Positions 1 to 12,740 of a stretch of DNA of 64,000 bases are shown piece by piece. A program made the translations under genes and the position numbers. The stretch is taken from NCBI RefSeq assembly GCF_006345805.1, contig NC_043003.1:26536001-26600000 (forward strand), read 5' to 3'. Numbering within the stretch: position 1 is the first letter of the stretch; each line of letters opens with the position of its first letter. Below the pieces are notes generated by a model. The model searched no databases. It had not been told where the DNA came from and saw only the letters and a list, made by a program, of their open reading frames with translations. The stretch comes from Octopus sinensis (Eukaryota).

Positions 1-2149
1 GAACTCAGAACGTAAAGCTGGAAGAATTGCCATTAAGCATTTTGTCCTGGGTGCTAATGATCTACTATAATGATACTCTTGTGTTTTTCTCCGTCACAAC
101 ATATGAATGAGAAAGGAAGGGGTGATGGCAAACTGGTAGTGGGAGTGTTTTAACTCTGTGAGTATATATGTGTGTACGTAAAAAGGAGGTATGTGAATGT
201 TTGTGTGTGCAATGGAAGTGGGATGGTAAACATTCAATGATGAAAAGAAAAATCAAACTGCATTTCAACTCTGTGTGAGTATATGTGTGTATGTGTACAA
301 GGGAAGTATGTGAATGTATGTGTAAACCAGTGCTCTTTCAGTAACAAACAATGATTGATGTCACATCTCAAACGACAATGACTAGATAACCTTGACAAGT
401 GTATTAATTTGATTTACCATCCATATTTATATATAAAATAGTACAATTAGCTATCATTTTCGATGGCACAGGGCCAGCTAGTTATAAATTAATTATGAAA
501 ATAGATATCACTATCATTTTAATGTCAAGTTTTCCATATCTGCATGAATCAGAGGAAATTCATTGAGGTAGATTTTCCATGGATGGATGTCCATCCTGTT
601 ACTTACATTCACCTGTTTTCCAGCGAAGTAGTTTTTTTCCTGGCCCTTCAAACTCAAAATGCACAATGGCTGGATGTATTTTCATGGATGCTTGCAATTG
701 AAAGACATTGTTTAATAGATAGTGATATTTTTTTACAATTAATGTAGAATATCCCCAAAACCCTAGGGTTCTGCAAAAGGTTCCTAGGGGTTCCATGAGA
801 CAGAGTGAGATAAGCTAATGCTAATTTCATGATCATAATATTACTATACATGTACAACATATTATTGGTTACTGTAATATTGTAATATAGACATCATCCT
901 ATCTAACCTATTATGTTATCAAAAAAACAATTATTATATATATATATATATAAAATATATAGGGTAGAGAATATTTTTTTAGAAATTTCACTACCTGTGG
1001 GCTAGCATGTATAAAAAGTCAAAAGACAATATATTCTCAATATAAAATAGTGTACATTTAAACACAAGATAAACTACTTTTAACAGGTAATTTTACACGC
1101 TATGAAATTGCTCTTAAATGTGGTTTTGGTTGTTTTGACTGCTTCTTCTAGCATGTAAAATTACCTGTTAAAGGTAGTTTCTCTTGTATTTAAATGTACA
1201 CTATTATATATATGTGTGTGTGTGTATATGATATTTACCATGTGAACTATGATACAAAAAACATGAAAGATATGGTATATGATTTTTTAGGCACAGGGAT
1301 TTCTTGAGACATGTAATTTAATTTAAGGGTTACGCAAAAGTAAAAAGGTTGAGAAACGTTAATCTAGACAATGAAACAAAATGCACACCTTGAAAAATAT
1401 ACATACATACCTACATAGTTGGTGGTGTCATGTAAAAAGCACCTGTGTTGCTGGTGCCTCAAAGTACCCAGTGACTCTATAAAGTGGTTGGCATTAGGAA
1501 GGACATCCAGCCAAAGCACCCCTGCCAAAACAGACAGTTGGAGTTTAGTTCAACTCACTGGCTGGTCAGCTCCTGTCAAACTGTCCAACCCATGTCAGCA
1601 TGAAAAGCAGATGCTAAATGATGATGATGATGATGTTTGTTTTTATATCAAGTTATTTATAAAGCAATTTAGCATTAAACTGACAGATTACTCAATACTT
1701 TTTAGTACAGCACATGTTTATTAAATTTTACAAGGAAAAGTTATAAATATACATACATACATACATACACACACATACCCATGTTAGCACAGAAAATGGA
1801 TGTTAAATGATGATGGACACGGACACACACACGTATACTGATGCTAACATGAAAGATGGACGTTAAATGATGATGATACAGATATATATATGTATACTTA
1901 TTTATACACATACACATTTATATATATATATTATTGTGTGTGTGTGTGAATTTAATGTTTATTTAATTTAGTGATTTTTTGAATAATATTTATTATAGCA
2001 TATTTAAATTTTTCTATATGATATATATAAAGTCTTTCACTATTGAATTACTTGATAGAGGTTATTTCCCTTAATTATATATATATATACTTAGAGGTAT
2101 CTGTCTATCCATATCTATCTATCTATCCATCATCACCGTCATCTTTCAA

Positions 2150-2366
2150 CCCTTTCGTTACCATATTTCTGTTGAGATGCTCTGTGTTTCTTTCAGTTAA
2201 TTTTTAATATAACAACAAACTTAGTAAAATAACTTAGTTATCATTAAGCTAGTGTTAGGGACATAAATTATGACTAAGGTTTGGTGGAAAATTTTAATTC
2301 AGAACTTTTGAAAACGTTTATACTACAGAGCCAGAGGCAGTTTCAGCCAGGTTGGTATTGAAAGGG
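2150..2366. mobile_element. piggyBac-like MITE
   Basis: Termini CCCTTTCGTTAC and GGTATTGAAAGGG-TTAA; same left terminus as the element at 13045. Confidence 0.7.
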
Positions 2367-4066
2367 TTAATGTCTGTTTTTCATGCTGACATGGATTGGA
2401 CATATAGTCATCATAATTTAACGTCCATTTTCCATGCTGGCATGGGTTGGATGGTTTGACAGCAGTTGGTAAGGCCAGGTGTAGCACCAGGCTCCACACA
2501 TACACAATGAGCTTCTTTTAGTTTCCACCTACCAAATCTATTCCTAAGGCATTAGTTGGTTAAGAGCTATATAAAAAAATCACTTGCCTAAAGTGCCATG
2601 CAGTGGGACTGAACCTCAAGCCTGATAGGTACAAAGCCAGGTTCTTAACCACTCTGCTATGTCTGCTCTTATTGAACCCAAAATCACATGTCAATCTATA
2701 TTTAAAAGACTCTATGTATGTAGGGCATTGCTCTGCAGAATCAGTAGAGCGTCAAGGCAAAATACCTTGTGATGTTATTTAATTCCAGTATTTTATGAGT
2801 TCAAATGTCGTCCAGATTAACTTGATTACTTTCCCCAGATCTTTCCAAACTCAATTTAATAAAAATTAAGTATTGCCAATTTACAACAAACAGGCTCAAT
2901 ATCAATTGACTGTTTTCTCTTGAAATTGGTGCTCCAGCTTGGCCACAGTCCAGTGACTGAAACCAACAAATGTGTGAGTAGTAGTAGTAATAGTAGGCAT
3001 GTAATGTTGTGTATTTATTTCCAATTGGGAACGGAATGGTTTTGTTTTCCTACATTTGCCATTATTTTGTTTTCCAATAATTATATTTGTATATTTCTCA
3101 AACGATTTTTTTCTTACTGCTACAATAATTGTATCTGTGCCTGTGTGTATACATATACATACATGCCCACACATATATATGTGTGTGTGTGTGTGTATGT
3201 ACATACTTGAATACTTGTCATAATCATCCTAATTTTTCATTTGTTTTTCCATGCTGGCATGACCTGGGCAAATCACCAAGAGCTGAGTCAGCACACACAC
3301 ATACACACACACACACACTTGTATATATGGAGGGGGTGTATACTCTATGTATATGCATGCATATGTATACATACATGTGTGCATAAATGCACACACACAC
3401 GCACACACACACATATACTCTTTTACTTGTTTCAGTCATTTGACTGTGGCCATGTTGGAGCACTGCCTTTTAGTCGAGCAAATCGACCCCCAGGACTTAT
3501 TCTTTGTAAGCCTGGTGCATGAGTGAAAAGAGCTTGGTGACAGGTGTATTGTTGTCATGAAGCATCCAATTCTTCACACTCCACAGATCCTGGTAAATGT
3601 TGTTATATCTGTGTTAATATAAATATTCCAGCATTTTTGCATGTATGCTTTATTATACTACTATAATGTTCTTTGTATGTATTGAGCACTCCATACTCTA
3701 TACCAGTGCTCTGCAACCTTTTTTCACTTGCTGTACACTTATATTTTTTTTTAAATCTTGTGGTACACCTGAACTCAAAACATAACCAAAAGTATAGGGC
3801 AAAAAATTATATTCAGTTTACACTGCAGCACACCTAGCATTGTCTCATGGCACACCAGTGTACTGTGGTATACTGGTTGCAGAGCACTACCCTATAATAT
3901 AAAACTATCCTTGTCATTGTCATTATCGCTATGCTTTCATGAAGCAGATTTTCTATAGCCAAATGCTCTTCCTGTCACCAACCCACACTTCTTTCCAAGT
4001 AAGGTATTTCCCCTGGTTAGCCACTAAAGCTTTTTTTATTCTCTCTCTGTTTAATTTCTCGTGTTC

Positions 4067-4102
4067 CTTTCTGTTGAAGAGCGTAGGCTCGAAACGTAAA
4101 AG
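4067..4102 (+). ncRNA. Minimal type I hammerhead-ribozyme-like motif (Penelope-type)
   Basis: CTTT-CTGTTGA-A-GAGC(GTAG)GCTC-GAAAC-GTA-AAAG: stem I CTTT/AAAG, stem II 4 bp, palindromic ACGT stem III; U replaces the core A6. Confidence 0.55.
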
Positions 4103-4370
4103 ATTTTCTAACCTTCTGGAGCGTTAAACTAATGCACCTGTTTGTTGTTTATACACCTGTCTTTGTCTTTGTAAATTCCAATTAGACATATTTACACAGA
4201 TTGCAAGTGAAGGACACTGCTTGGAATGATGATGACATTTGCTTACAATTATCATGATCTCTGGACACAAAGACACACAAAAACTGAAACTCAGTTGATC
4301 TGATTAATGGAATAACCTGCTCATTACATTAATGAGTAAGTGACTGAGCATTCCACAAACATTTGTCCCT

Positions 4371-4470
4371 TTAACTCTTTAGTATTTAAACCGGCCATAT
4401 CTGACCCAAATATTCTACATATTTTATGTTCAAACTGGCCAGCTCTGGCTTCTCACATCTTCCCTACAAG
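4371..4470. mobile_element. Left half of a piggyBac-like (TTAA) MITE split by later insertions
   Basis: TTAA-CTCTTTAGTATTTAAACCGGCC...; same family as the uninterrupted copy at 57903-58129. Confidence 0.75.
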
Positions 4471-4472
4471 GT

Positions 4473-4700
4473 TACTCTTTTACTTGTTTCAGTCATTTAA
4501 CTGCAGCCATGCTGGAGCACCGCCTTTAGTTGAGCAAATAGACCCCAGGTCTTATTCTTCGTAAGCCTAGTACTTATTCTATCGATCTCTTTTGTCAAAC
4601 CACTAAGTTACGGGGACATAAATATACCAGCATTGGTTGTCAAGCAATGTTGGGGCTGGACGAACACAGACACACAAACATATACATGAACATACATATA
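4473..4700 (-). mobile_element. tRNA-headed SINE family A, 3' half
   Basis: Reverse complement of the 3' part of the intact copies at 10861 and 40621. Confidence 0.85.
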
Positions 4701-4707
4701 TATATAT

Positions 4708-7700
4708 ATCATCATCATCGTTTAACGTCCGTTTTCCGCGCTAGCACGGGTTGGACGGTTTGACCGGGGTCTGGGAAGCCAGGGGCCGCTCCAGGCTCCA
4801 GTCTGATTTGGCAGAGTTTCTACGGCTGGATGCCCTTCCTAACGCCAACCACTCCGTGAGTGGATTGGGTGCTTTTTACGTGCCACCTGCACAGGGGCCG
4901 GGGGGTCCGGCATTGGTCGCGATCGGTTCGAGCTTTTAACGTGCCAGCGGCACGGGGGCAACTGGGTCCGGGGTACTTCGGGATCCGGGGTACTTTGGGG
5001 ATCTGGGGTACTTTGGGGATCCGGGGTACTTTGAATGGGTAGGGGGTATGTGGAATTGCTGCAGAAAGCAGCCGGGTCTTTGCAGTCACAGCATATCTCC
5101 AGAGATCTCGGTCTTTCGCCATGCCTCAGTGAGGCCCAATGCTCTGAGGTCATGCTTGACTACCTCATCCCATGTCTTCCTGGGTCTACCTCTCCCTCTG
5201 ATACCGTCAAACTGTTGGGGGAGTGGCACTTCTTCACACATCTCTCTTCATCCATCCGCAGCACATGACCATACCATCGCAAGCGTCGCTCTTGCACACA
5301 CATCTGATGCTTCTTATATCCAGCATTTTCTTAGGATGCTTACACTCTGTCTTGCGTGCACACTGACACTACACATCCAGCGGATCATGCTAGCTTCATT
5401 TCTTTCAAGTCTACGCATGTCCTCTGCAGTCACTGCCCATGTTTCATTACCGTGAAGCATGGCAGTCGCACACATGCATCATACAATACCTTTCGCTCTG
5501 AGGAGAGACCTTTTGTTGCCAGTAGGGGTAGGAGCTTCTGAACTTTGCCCTGGCTATTCGTATTCTAGTGGTGATACTCTCTGTGCATCCACCTCCGCTA
5601 CTAATATGGTCACCCAGGTAGCGGAAACTATCAACTACTTCTAGTTTCTCTCCCTGGAGTGTGATGGAATCTGTTTTCTGAGTGTCTGTTGTGTCTATTG
5701 TCCCTGTGCATCTGCCGCACATGAAAGCTATCTTATCTGTTAATTTCCCTTTAATGTTGCTGCACCTCTTATGTGTCCATAACTACATTGGGTGCATCTT
5801 ATGGAGTTTCTACTGTACCTTTCCTACAGATTGAGCAGGGCCACCTACCCGAGGGGGTGTGCTGAGTACCTCTTGCTGCTTACTAATACTTTGGTCTTTG
5901 CTACATTTATTCTAAGGCCTTTGATTCCAACCCTTGCTCCACACCCGAAATTTCTCTTCTAGTTCCGGTAGTGATTCTGCTATGAGAGCTAGGTCATCGG
6001 CATAGAGGAGCTCCCAGGGGCATCCCGTTTGAATTCCTCTGTTATTGCCTGAAGGACTATGATGAATAAAAGGGGACTGAGGGCTGAGCCCTGGTGCACA
6101 CCTACTTCTACCCGGATTCTTCACTATATTCGTTGCCAATCCTAACCTTGCTGACAGCCTCTCTGTATAGAGCCTGTACAGCCCTTATTAGCCATTCTTC
6201 AATCTCCAGTTTCCGCATCGACCACCAGATGAGGGAACGGGGAACCCTGTCAAAGGCTTTCTCCAAGTCTACAAAAGCTATGTAGAGGGGTTTTATCTTT
6301 AGCTAGGTACTTCTCCTGCAGTTGTCGGACCAGGAATATAGCATCAGTGGTGCTTCTACCTGGTACAAAACCGAACTGCATTTCATCTAAACAAATTCTC
6401 TCCCTAATGAGATGGGTTATGGCCTTCTCTGAGACCTTCATCACCTGGTCCAACAGTTTGATACCTCTGTAGTTATTTCTATCTAGAGCATCACCCTTAC
6501 CCTTGTAGCAGTTGACTATGGTGCTGCTGCACCAGTCATTGGGTATGACTCCATTGTGAACTACCTGGTTTACAATGCGGGTGACTATGGTAAGCCCACA
6601 TAGCCAGCTGTTTTAAGCATTCAGCAGTGATTCCTGATAGGCCAGGGGCTTTGCCTGGTTTCATATCCTTAATTGCCTTATCTAAAGGAGCTGTCTATTC
6701 GGGTAGCTGGTCCCTCTACTGGGTCAACATTTGGCAGGCTCTCCTCCTCCATTCATTCTCCTCATTCAGCAGTCTTTCATAATGGCTTCTCCAAGCCTCT
6801 TTCTTTCACTAGCAGTAAATGCAAGTGCCCCATCATCCATGCGGACACATTTCTCTCCTATAACATCACTATTTTCTCTGACACACTGTCTGGCAATCCG
6901 AAATACTTCAGCTCTTTGATCCTCGCGTCGCTGGACATTGCAAACTTCTTCTTTTCTGCTACGTCTTTGGTATGTATACCTGCCACCCAGCCTCCCTTTT
7001 GGCTATCTGGTACAGTTCCCTGCTGCCCCATCCTTCCAGGCTTTCCAGGCCGTCTCTTTTTACAGATGGCTTTATCTACTGCACTATTCCAACCACGTAA
7101 TTCTAGGTCTGGAAGGGACTTTGCACCATCCACAGACTCGGTCTGTGGCACTCAGCAAGCTGTCCCGTAGGAATTCCAGCTACCTTCTTGTCTGACGTCT
7201 GAAGCTCCTCTCCTCTCATCAAATTTCTTGATGAGTATGTCCCTAAATTTCTGACCATGTGAAGGGTTCTTTAGCCTCCAAATCCTTCTTTTCTGGATTG
7301 GTTTGTTTCTTGGAGTCCTTCTGGCCTCAAGCTTAAAGTCACTGATGATTAGTCTATGCTGAGGGATACATTCTTCACCGGGAGGGTTTTTGTATTCAAG
7401 AGCAACCCTGCATCCCGCTGTCTGGTGAGGATGAAGTCATTTGGCTAGCGGAGTCTCCTGACTGATAGTTATAGGTGGCAGACTGGCTTCTTGAAGTTAG
7501 TTGTGCAGATGAAAGGTTACATGCATCACAGAATTCCAGCAGTCTAGTTCCCTCATCATTTCTGGTGCCAATACCATAGCCACCATGTACCCCAGTGAAG
7601 ATACCCGATTCCCGCCCAACATGCCATTAAAGTCTCCACCTACAAAGATGAGGTCCTTGCTACTAGTCTTTGAAGTAGCCTGCAGAAGGTTATCATAAAA

Positions 7701-9150
7701 GTGTCCTTCTGATCATTGGTAGTCCCGCTTGTGGGGCATAGGCGGAGATAATCATAGCTGTGCTACTCTGTAGGACCAACCTGAGCTTAAGCACTCTATC
7801 GCAAACCCTGACAACCTCTATGACCTCATCCACCCATTTCTCCGCAAGGAGAATGCCTACACCCCCTACACCTTCCACGTTACCTTGCCAGAAGAGTTTG
7901 TACCTAAGTGCCTTGCCCGTGAGGACCCTAGCCGAAGCACCTCTCCATCTTACCTCTTGTATGCAGCATACATCAACCTGTCTTCTCTCTAGCATCTCTA
8001 CAATCTCACTAGACTTGCCTGTCAATGTACCAACATTGATAGTGCCAACTCTGAAAACTGGGAAGGAGATGTGGGGGGAGGGGGGAATTCAGCGCCTGAG
8101 AAGAGGAGGGTTGTTGTGGTGGTGATAGTTCGTAGCATTTTTCTTTTGATCTCACTTCCGACCTGTCCACGCCGTGGACAGGAGCTGGTGTTAGCAGTGG
8201 ACATTCGTTATGTCACTGAGTAACGTAATTAGGTAGCGTAGTAAGGAGGAAAAATACAGATATTCTAGAGTTGAGTTGGGGGGAGTCCAGCTGAGAAAGG
8301 TTTTACCAGTGAAAAGAGGGGGAGAGATAGTAGAGGGGGTGCGGTCGGTCAATATAGGGGAGCACCAGTGGGGAAGGTTGGGGTAAGGAGGAACGATGGC
8401 AGGAAGGGTTGGGTGTAGGTTCGTAAGAAATAAAACGTAGGATATTACGGAGGGGACTGGAAGGAGATAGTCGAATTGAGCAGTGTCAGGAGGAAGCGTA
8501 AGATCAGTGGGCAGTTGATGAGCTGTGGCGCTAGCAGCTTGTCTTTTCACAGTGAAGCATATGAAGAGAAGGGGTAGGAAGGGGGAGGAGGAGGGAGTAG
8601 GGCGTATCCGGTGTAGATGGTGAGAACAGTGTTCACCGGTATTGGTGGTGGGGGCGGGCGCACCGTCGATGGCGGAAAGATGGGGAAAGATGGGATTAAG
8701 GCTTGGAGGTAGCCTAAAAAAGGTTATATTTCGTAGAGAGAGAGATAGGAAAGCCAAAATCAAGTTATGGCGGAAAGACAGGGTTAATACTTAAAGGTAG
8801 CCTAAAAGGTTGTATTTCGTAGAGAGAGAGATAGGAAAGCCAAAATCGAGTTATGGCGGAAAGACGGGGTTAATACTTAAAGGTAGCCTAAAAGGTTGTA
8901 TTTCGTAGAGAGAGAGATAGGAAAGCCAAAATCGAGTTATGGCGGAAAGACGGGGTTAATACTTAAAGGTAGCCTAAAAGGTTATATTTCGTAGAGAGAG
9001 AGAGATAGGAAAGCAAAATCGAGTTATGGCGGAAAGACGGGGTTAATACTTAAAGGTAGCCTAAAAGGTTATATTTCGTAGAGAGAGAGATAGGAAAGCC
9101 AAAATCGAGTTATGACGGAAAGACGGGGTTAATACTTAAAGGTAGCCTAA
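4708..9150 (-). mobile_element. Near full-length, frameshifted RTE-clade LINE
   Basis: Minus-strand fragments: APE endonuclease (VDVCCIQEVRW...ISAYAPQ, 7693-8025), RT (QFGFVPGRSTTDAIFLVRQLQEKY; ELLYADDL), C-terminus ending AKTRL; 3' end is ...GGACGTTAAACGATGATGATG; (TA)n at both ends. Confidence 0.92.
8711..9150 (-). repeat. About 86-bp tandem monomers (5 copies plus a partial one) at the RTE 5' end
   Basis: Unit AGCCTAAAAGGTTGTATTTCG...TTAAAGGT starts at 8711, 8799, 8885, 8971, 9058 and 9144. Confidence 0.95.
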
Positions 9151-9226
9151 TATATATATATATATGTGTATATATATATATGTGTATATATATATATATG
9201 TGTATATATATATATATATATATGTG

Positions 9227-9257
<31 letters not shown>

Positions 9258-9454
9258 GTATATATATATATGTAGGTCCCGGGTTGATTCGGGGTTAACC
9301 ACAGTAAATAAGGTACTCAATACATAGCAGAGTAAAATTAATTTATTATATAGAAGGAGCCTCTACAGGACCAGAACCGTCTCATTCAAGAGAAATCCTC
9401 AGGAAGCCAGCTAACAAGAATTGCACTGGCACCCACACACTTAGGCATATATAA

Positions 9455-9624
9455 ATATATACAACGAGCTTCTTTCAGTTTCCATCTCCCAAATCCACTC
9501 ACAAGGCTTTGGTCGGCCCGAGGCTATAGTAGAAGACACTTGTCCAAGGTGCCATGCAGTGGGACTGAACCCGAAGCCATGTGGTTGGTAAGCAAGCTAC
9601 TTGCCACACAGCCACTCCTGCGCC
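9455..9624 (-). mobile_element. tRNA-headed SINE family A, 5' half
   Basis: Ends CCACTCCTGCGCC, the reverse complement of the head GGCGCAGGAGTGG. Confidence 0.85.
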
Positions 9625-9625
9625 T

Positions 9626-9738
9626 AAACAATCACATCATCAAAATCTCATAGCTACAAGATAACACATGATCAATTAAAAACAATGGGAATAAATAAGT
9701 ATTATATTTACAGAATAATTTGGATGCTAAAGGGTTAA
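9626..9738. mobile_element. Right half of the same MITE
   Basis: AAACAATCACATC...GCTAAAGGG-TTAA; continues the 57903-58129 family sequence from near where the left half stops. Confidence 0.75.
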
Positions 9739-10289
9739 CACATTTTAACCCACTGTCCTTGTTTGAGGACAGTTGCATTTAGTTTATTTACTGCAATAAA
9801 GGTTAACTGGACGCTTCCGTATGTTTATTATCCCTATTTATATAACTATCTTCAAAATTTTGACAGGGTTAACCTGGGTTAAAATGGGTCAGTCTAGTTC
9901 TCAGGTAGGTTTGGCGTGACACGGAATGTAACAAGACTGGCCCCTCTGAATTACAGGTACAACTCATTTTTGCCAGCTGAGTGGACAGGAGCAATGTGAA
10001 ATAAAGTATCTTGCTCAAGGATGCAATGCAGCACTAGGAATTGAACTCCTAACCTTATAAACATTAGCTAAATACTTCAACCATGAAGCATCACACAGAA
10101 ACACACACACACATACACATTGTCAAATCCACTCTACCAAGTCCACTCACAAGGTTTTGATTGGCTGTGGTTGAAGGCACTCATCCAAGGTGTCACACAA
10201 TGGGATCGAACTTGAAACCTTGTGCTTAGGAAGCAAGCTTCTGAACCACACAACCTTGCCTGCTATTATATGTGGTCTGATCAATAAGT

Positions 10290-10860
10290 ATATGGACTGT
10301 TGCCATAGTGACAAAGCCAAAAGCATGCAGAGTGAAGCTGCTTGGCACTGCATGCACAGTAAGTTTTAACGTTCTAGTTCACTTCCGCTGTTTACAGCAG
10401 TGCTTAGAAGGAAGGTGTGTAGCGTGTGATCATTACATTGACCAAACAAAGAAAGTTGAACAGAGAATCTGCATCAAATTTTGCCAAAAGCTTGGTGATA
10501 CCTGTCCAGGGGTCTACGCAAAGTTTTCAAAAACTTTTAATTGTTCTTGACACAATCAAGGAGATCTTGTGCAGCTGAAACCTCACTTGGCAGACACGTG
10601 TCTCATACCCAAATCTTCAGTGATAATGGACTAAACTGAACCGTAACTAATCGGCATATCCTCTGCTAGCTCACGGATGGTGATTCGACAATTTCCCCTC
10701 ACAACTGCATGCACACCTGCGATGTTTTTCTCTGTTCTGCTGGTTGCGTGTCTTCCAGAACATCTGTCAATATTAACATTTTTTTAACGTATAAACTGCT
10801 AGTACACTTGTGTGTGGCTCATACACTTCTCTCCATACACTTTCTGTAACTATGAGTACA
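10290..10860. mobile_element. Decayed mariner transposase fragment with an internal inversion
   Basis: + strand EQRICIKFCQKLGDTC..VYAK; - strand LQKVYGEKCMSHTQVY...RITIRELAEDMPISYGSV*SIITEDLGMRHVSAK. Confidence 0.8.
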
Positions 10861-11250
10861 GGCGTAGGAGTAGCTTTGTGGTAAGTAGCTTGCTTACCAA
10901 CCACATGGTTCCGGGTTCAGTCCCACTGCGTGGCACCTTGGGCAAGTGTCTTCTACTATAGCCTCGGGCTGACCAAAGCCTTGTGAGTGGATTTGGTAGG
11001 CAGAAACTGAAAGAAGCCCGTCATATATATATATATATATGTGTGTGTTTGTGTGTCTGTGTTTGTCCTCTCAACATCGCTTGACAACTGATGCTGGTGT
11101 GTTTACGTCCCTGTCACATAGCGGTTCGGCAAGAGAGACCGATAGAATAAGTACTAGGCTTACAAAGAATAAGTCCTGGGGTCGATTTGCTCGACTAAAG
11201 GTGGTGCTCCAGCATGGCCACAGTCAAATGACTGAAACAAGTAAAAGAGA
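10861..11250 (+). mobile_element. SINE family A, intact, with internal (TA)n
   Basis: tRNA-like head with B box GGTTCAGTCCC, body, and tail ...GACTGAAACAAGTAAAAGAG. Confidence 0.9.
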
Positions 11251-11419
11251 GTATAGAGTATATTTACGTACTCTCTCTCTCTCTTACACTCTCTGCTAGA
11301 TCTTAAGTTTTTTGTTCCACCGTGAGTAATGGGCAAGCTAAACAGTGTGAGGAATTAATGAGGGTGATAACAATGGAAGATTGATTTCACTGCTGTTTGT
11401 TTGCGTAGTCATACAGTTA

Positions 11420-11900
11420 TCAACCATCATCATCAGCAACAACAACGGGATTGTCATTACCATCATCATCATCATCGTCGTCGTTTAACATCCGCTTTCC
11501 ATGCTAGCATGGGTTGGACTGCTAGCTTGGGTTATTATTATGAATATCACCATTGCCATCATCATCACCATCATCATTGTCAGTTTTATCACCCTCAGCA
11601 TTATCATGTTCAACACTCTCATCATGATCACCATCATCATCATCATCAATGTCTTCATGTTCATCATCATTATCATCCACCATCATCATCATCTGTATTA
11701 TCATTTTCAGTCGTTGTCATCATCATCATCTTCAATGTCTTCATGTTCATCATTGTTATTATCATCATCCGTATTATCATTTTCACTGTCATTATCATCA
11801 TCATCATCATCATATTCACTGTCTTTATGTTCATCATCATTACCATCATCATCTTTGTCATCCTCTGCATCATCTATATTATTATCATCACCAATATTGT
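11420..11900. repeat. Degenerate (CAT)n simple repeat
   Basis: Trinucleotide tract giving poly-H/I/S artefact ORFs. Confidence 0.9.
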
Positions 11901-12340
11901 TACTCTGTCTATCAAGACTAACAAGCACCGTTTCAAATGTCTTATTGATTGTTGGTTTGGTTTTTTTTTTTAAGGGTAACTGGCAGTATTTGTTAGAATT
12001 GGTAGCTTGACTTACTGAGTTTCTTGGGTAGAAGTATACAGGTGGAGAGGTAGTGATTCTCTTGCTGATAATGATAATAATAATATAATATATATTATAT
12101 AATGCTGATGATGATTTCTAACATATGTGCAGACATGACTGTGATGTTTAGAAGTTTACTTCTCAGTCATGTGGTTTCGGATTCAACCTCACTGCCCAGC
12201 ATCTTGGGCAAGTGTCTACCTTGGGTGACCAAAGTCTCAAGAATGGATTTAGTTGACAAAGACTGAAAGAAGCCTTGCCCTTATTCTGTTCTTCTGCTCC
12301 TTTCACTTCTCCTCACCTTGTACAGTTCCTGGACTCATAT

Positions 12341-12740
12341 CATCATCATCATCGTTTAACGTCTGCTTTCCATGCTAGCATGGGTTGGACGATTTGGCTG
12401 AGGACTGGTGAAACAGATGGCTGCACCAGGCTCCAGTCTTGATCTGGCAGAGTTTCCACAGCTGGATGCCCTTCCTAACACCAACCACTCCGAGAGTATA
12501 GTGGATGCTTTTACGTGCCACCGGCATGAGGGCCAGTCAGGCGGTACTGGCAACGGCCATGCTCAAATGGTGTTTTGTACATGCCACCTGAACAGGAGCC
12601 AGTCCAGCGGCACTGGCAACGACCTCACTCAAATGTTTTTCACGTGCCACCAGCACAAGTGCCAGTAAGGAGATGCTGGTAACAATCACGCTTGAATGGT
12701 GCTTTTTACGTGCCACCAGCATGGAAACCAGTTTGCTGCT
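12341..12740 (-). mobile_element. RTE 3'-end fragment
   Basis: (CAT)n-CGTTTAACGTC...CTGGATGCCCTTCCTAAC, same as the 3' end of the LINE at 4708. Confidence 0.85.

Noticed and set aside
8191-8763. 190-aa ORF upstream of the RTE endonuclease as a possible ORF1
   Set aside because: It starts inside the tandem monomer, has no recognisable domain, and the homologous region at 19050-19460 does not keep one frame. Treated as 5'UTR.
9360-9420. Possible hammerhead on the - strand (CCTGAGGA...)
   Set aside because: The GAAA box and stem I cannot be formed in this copy.
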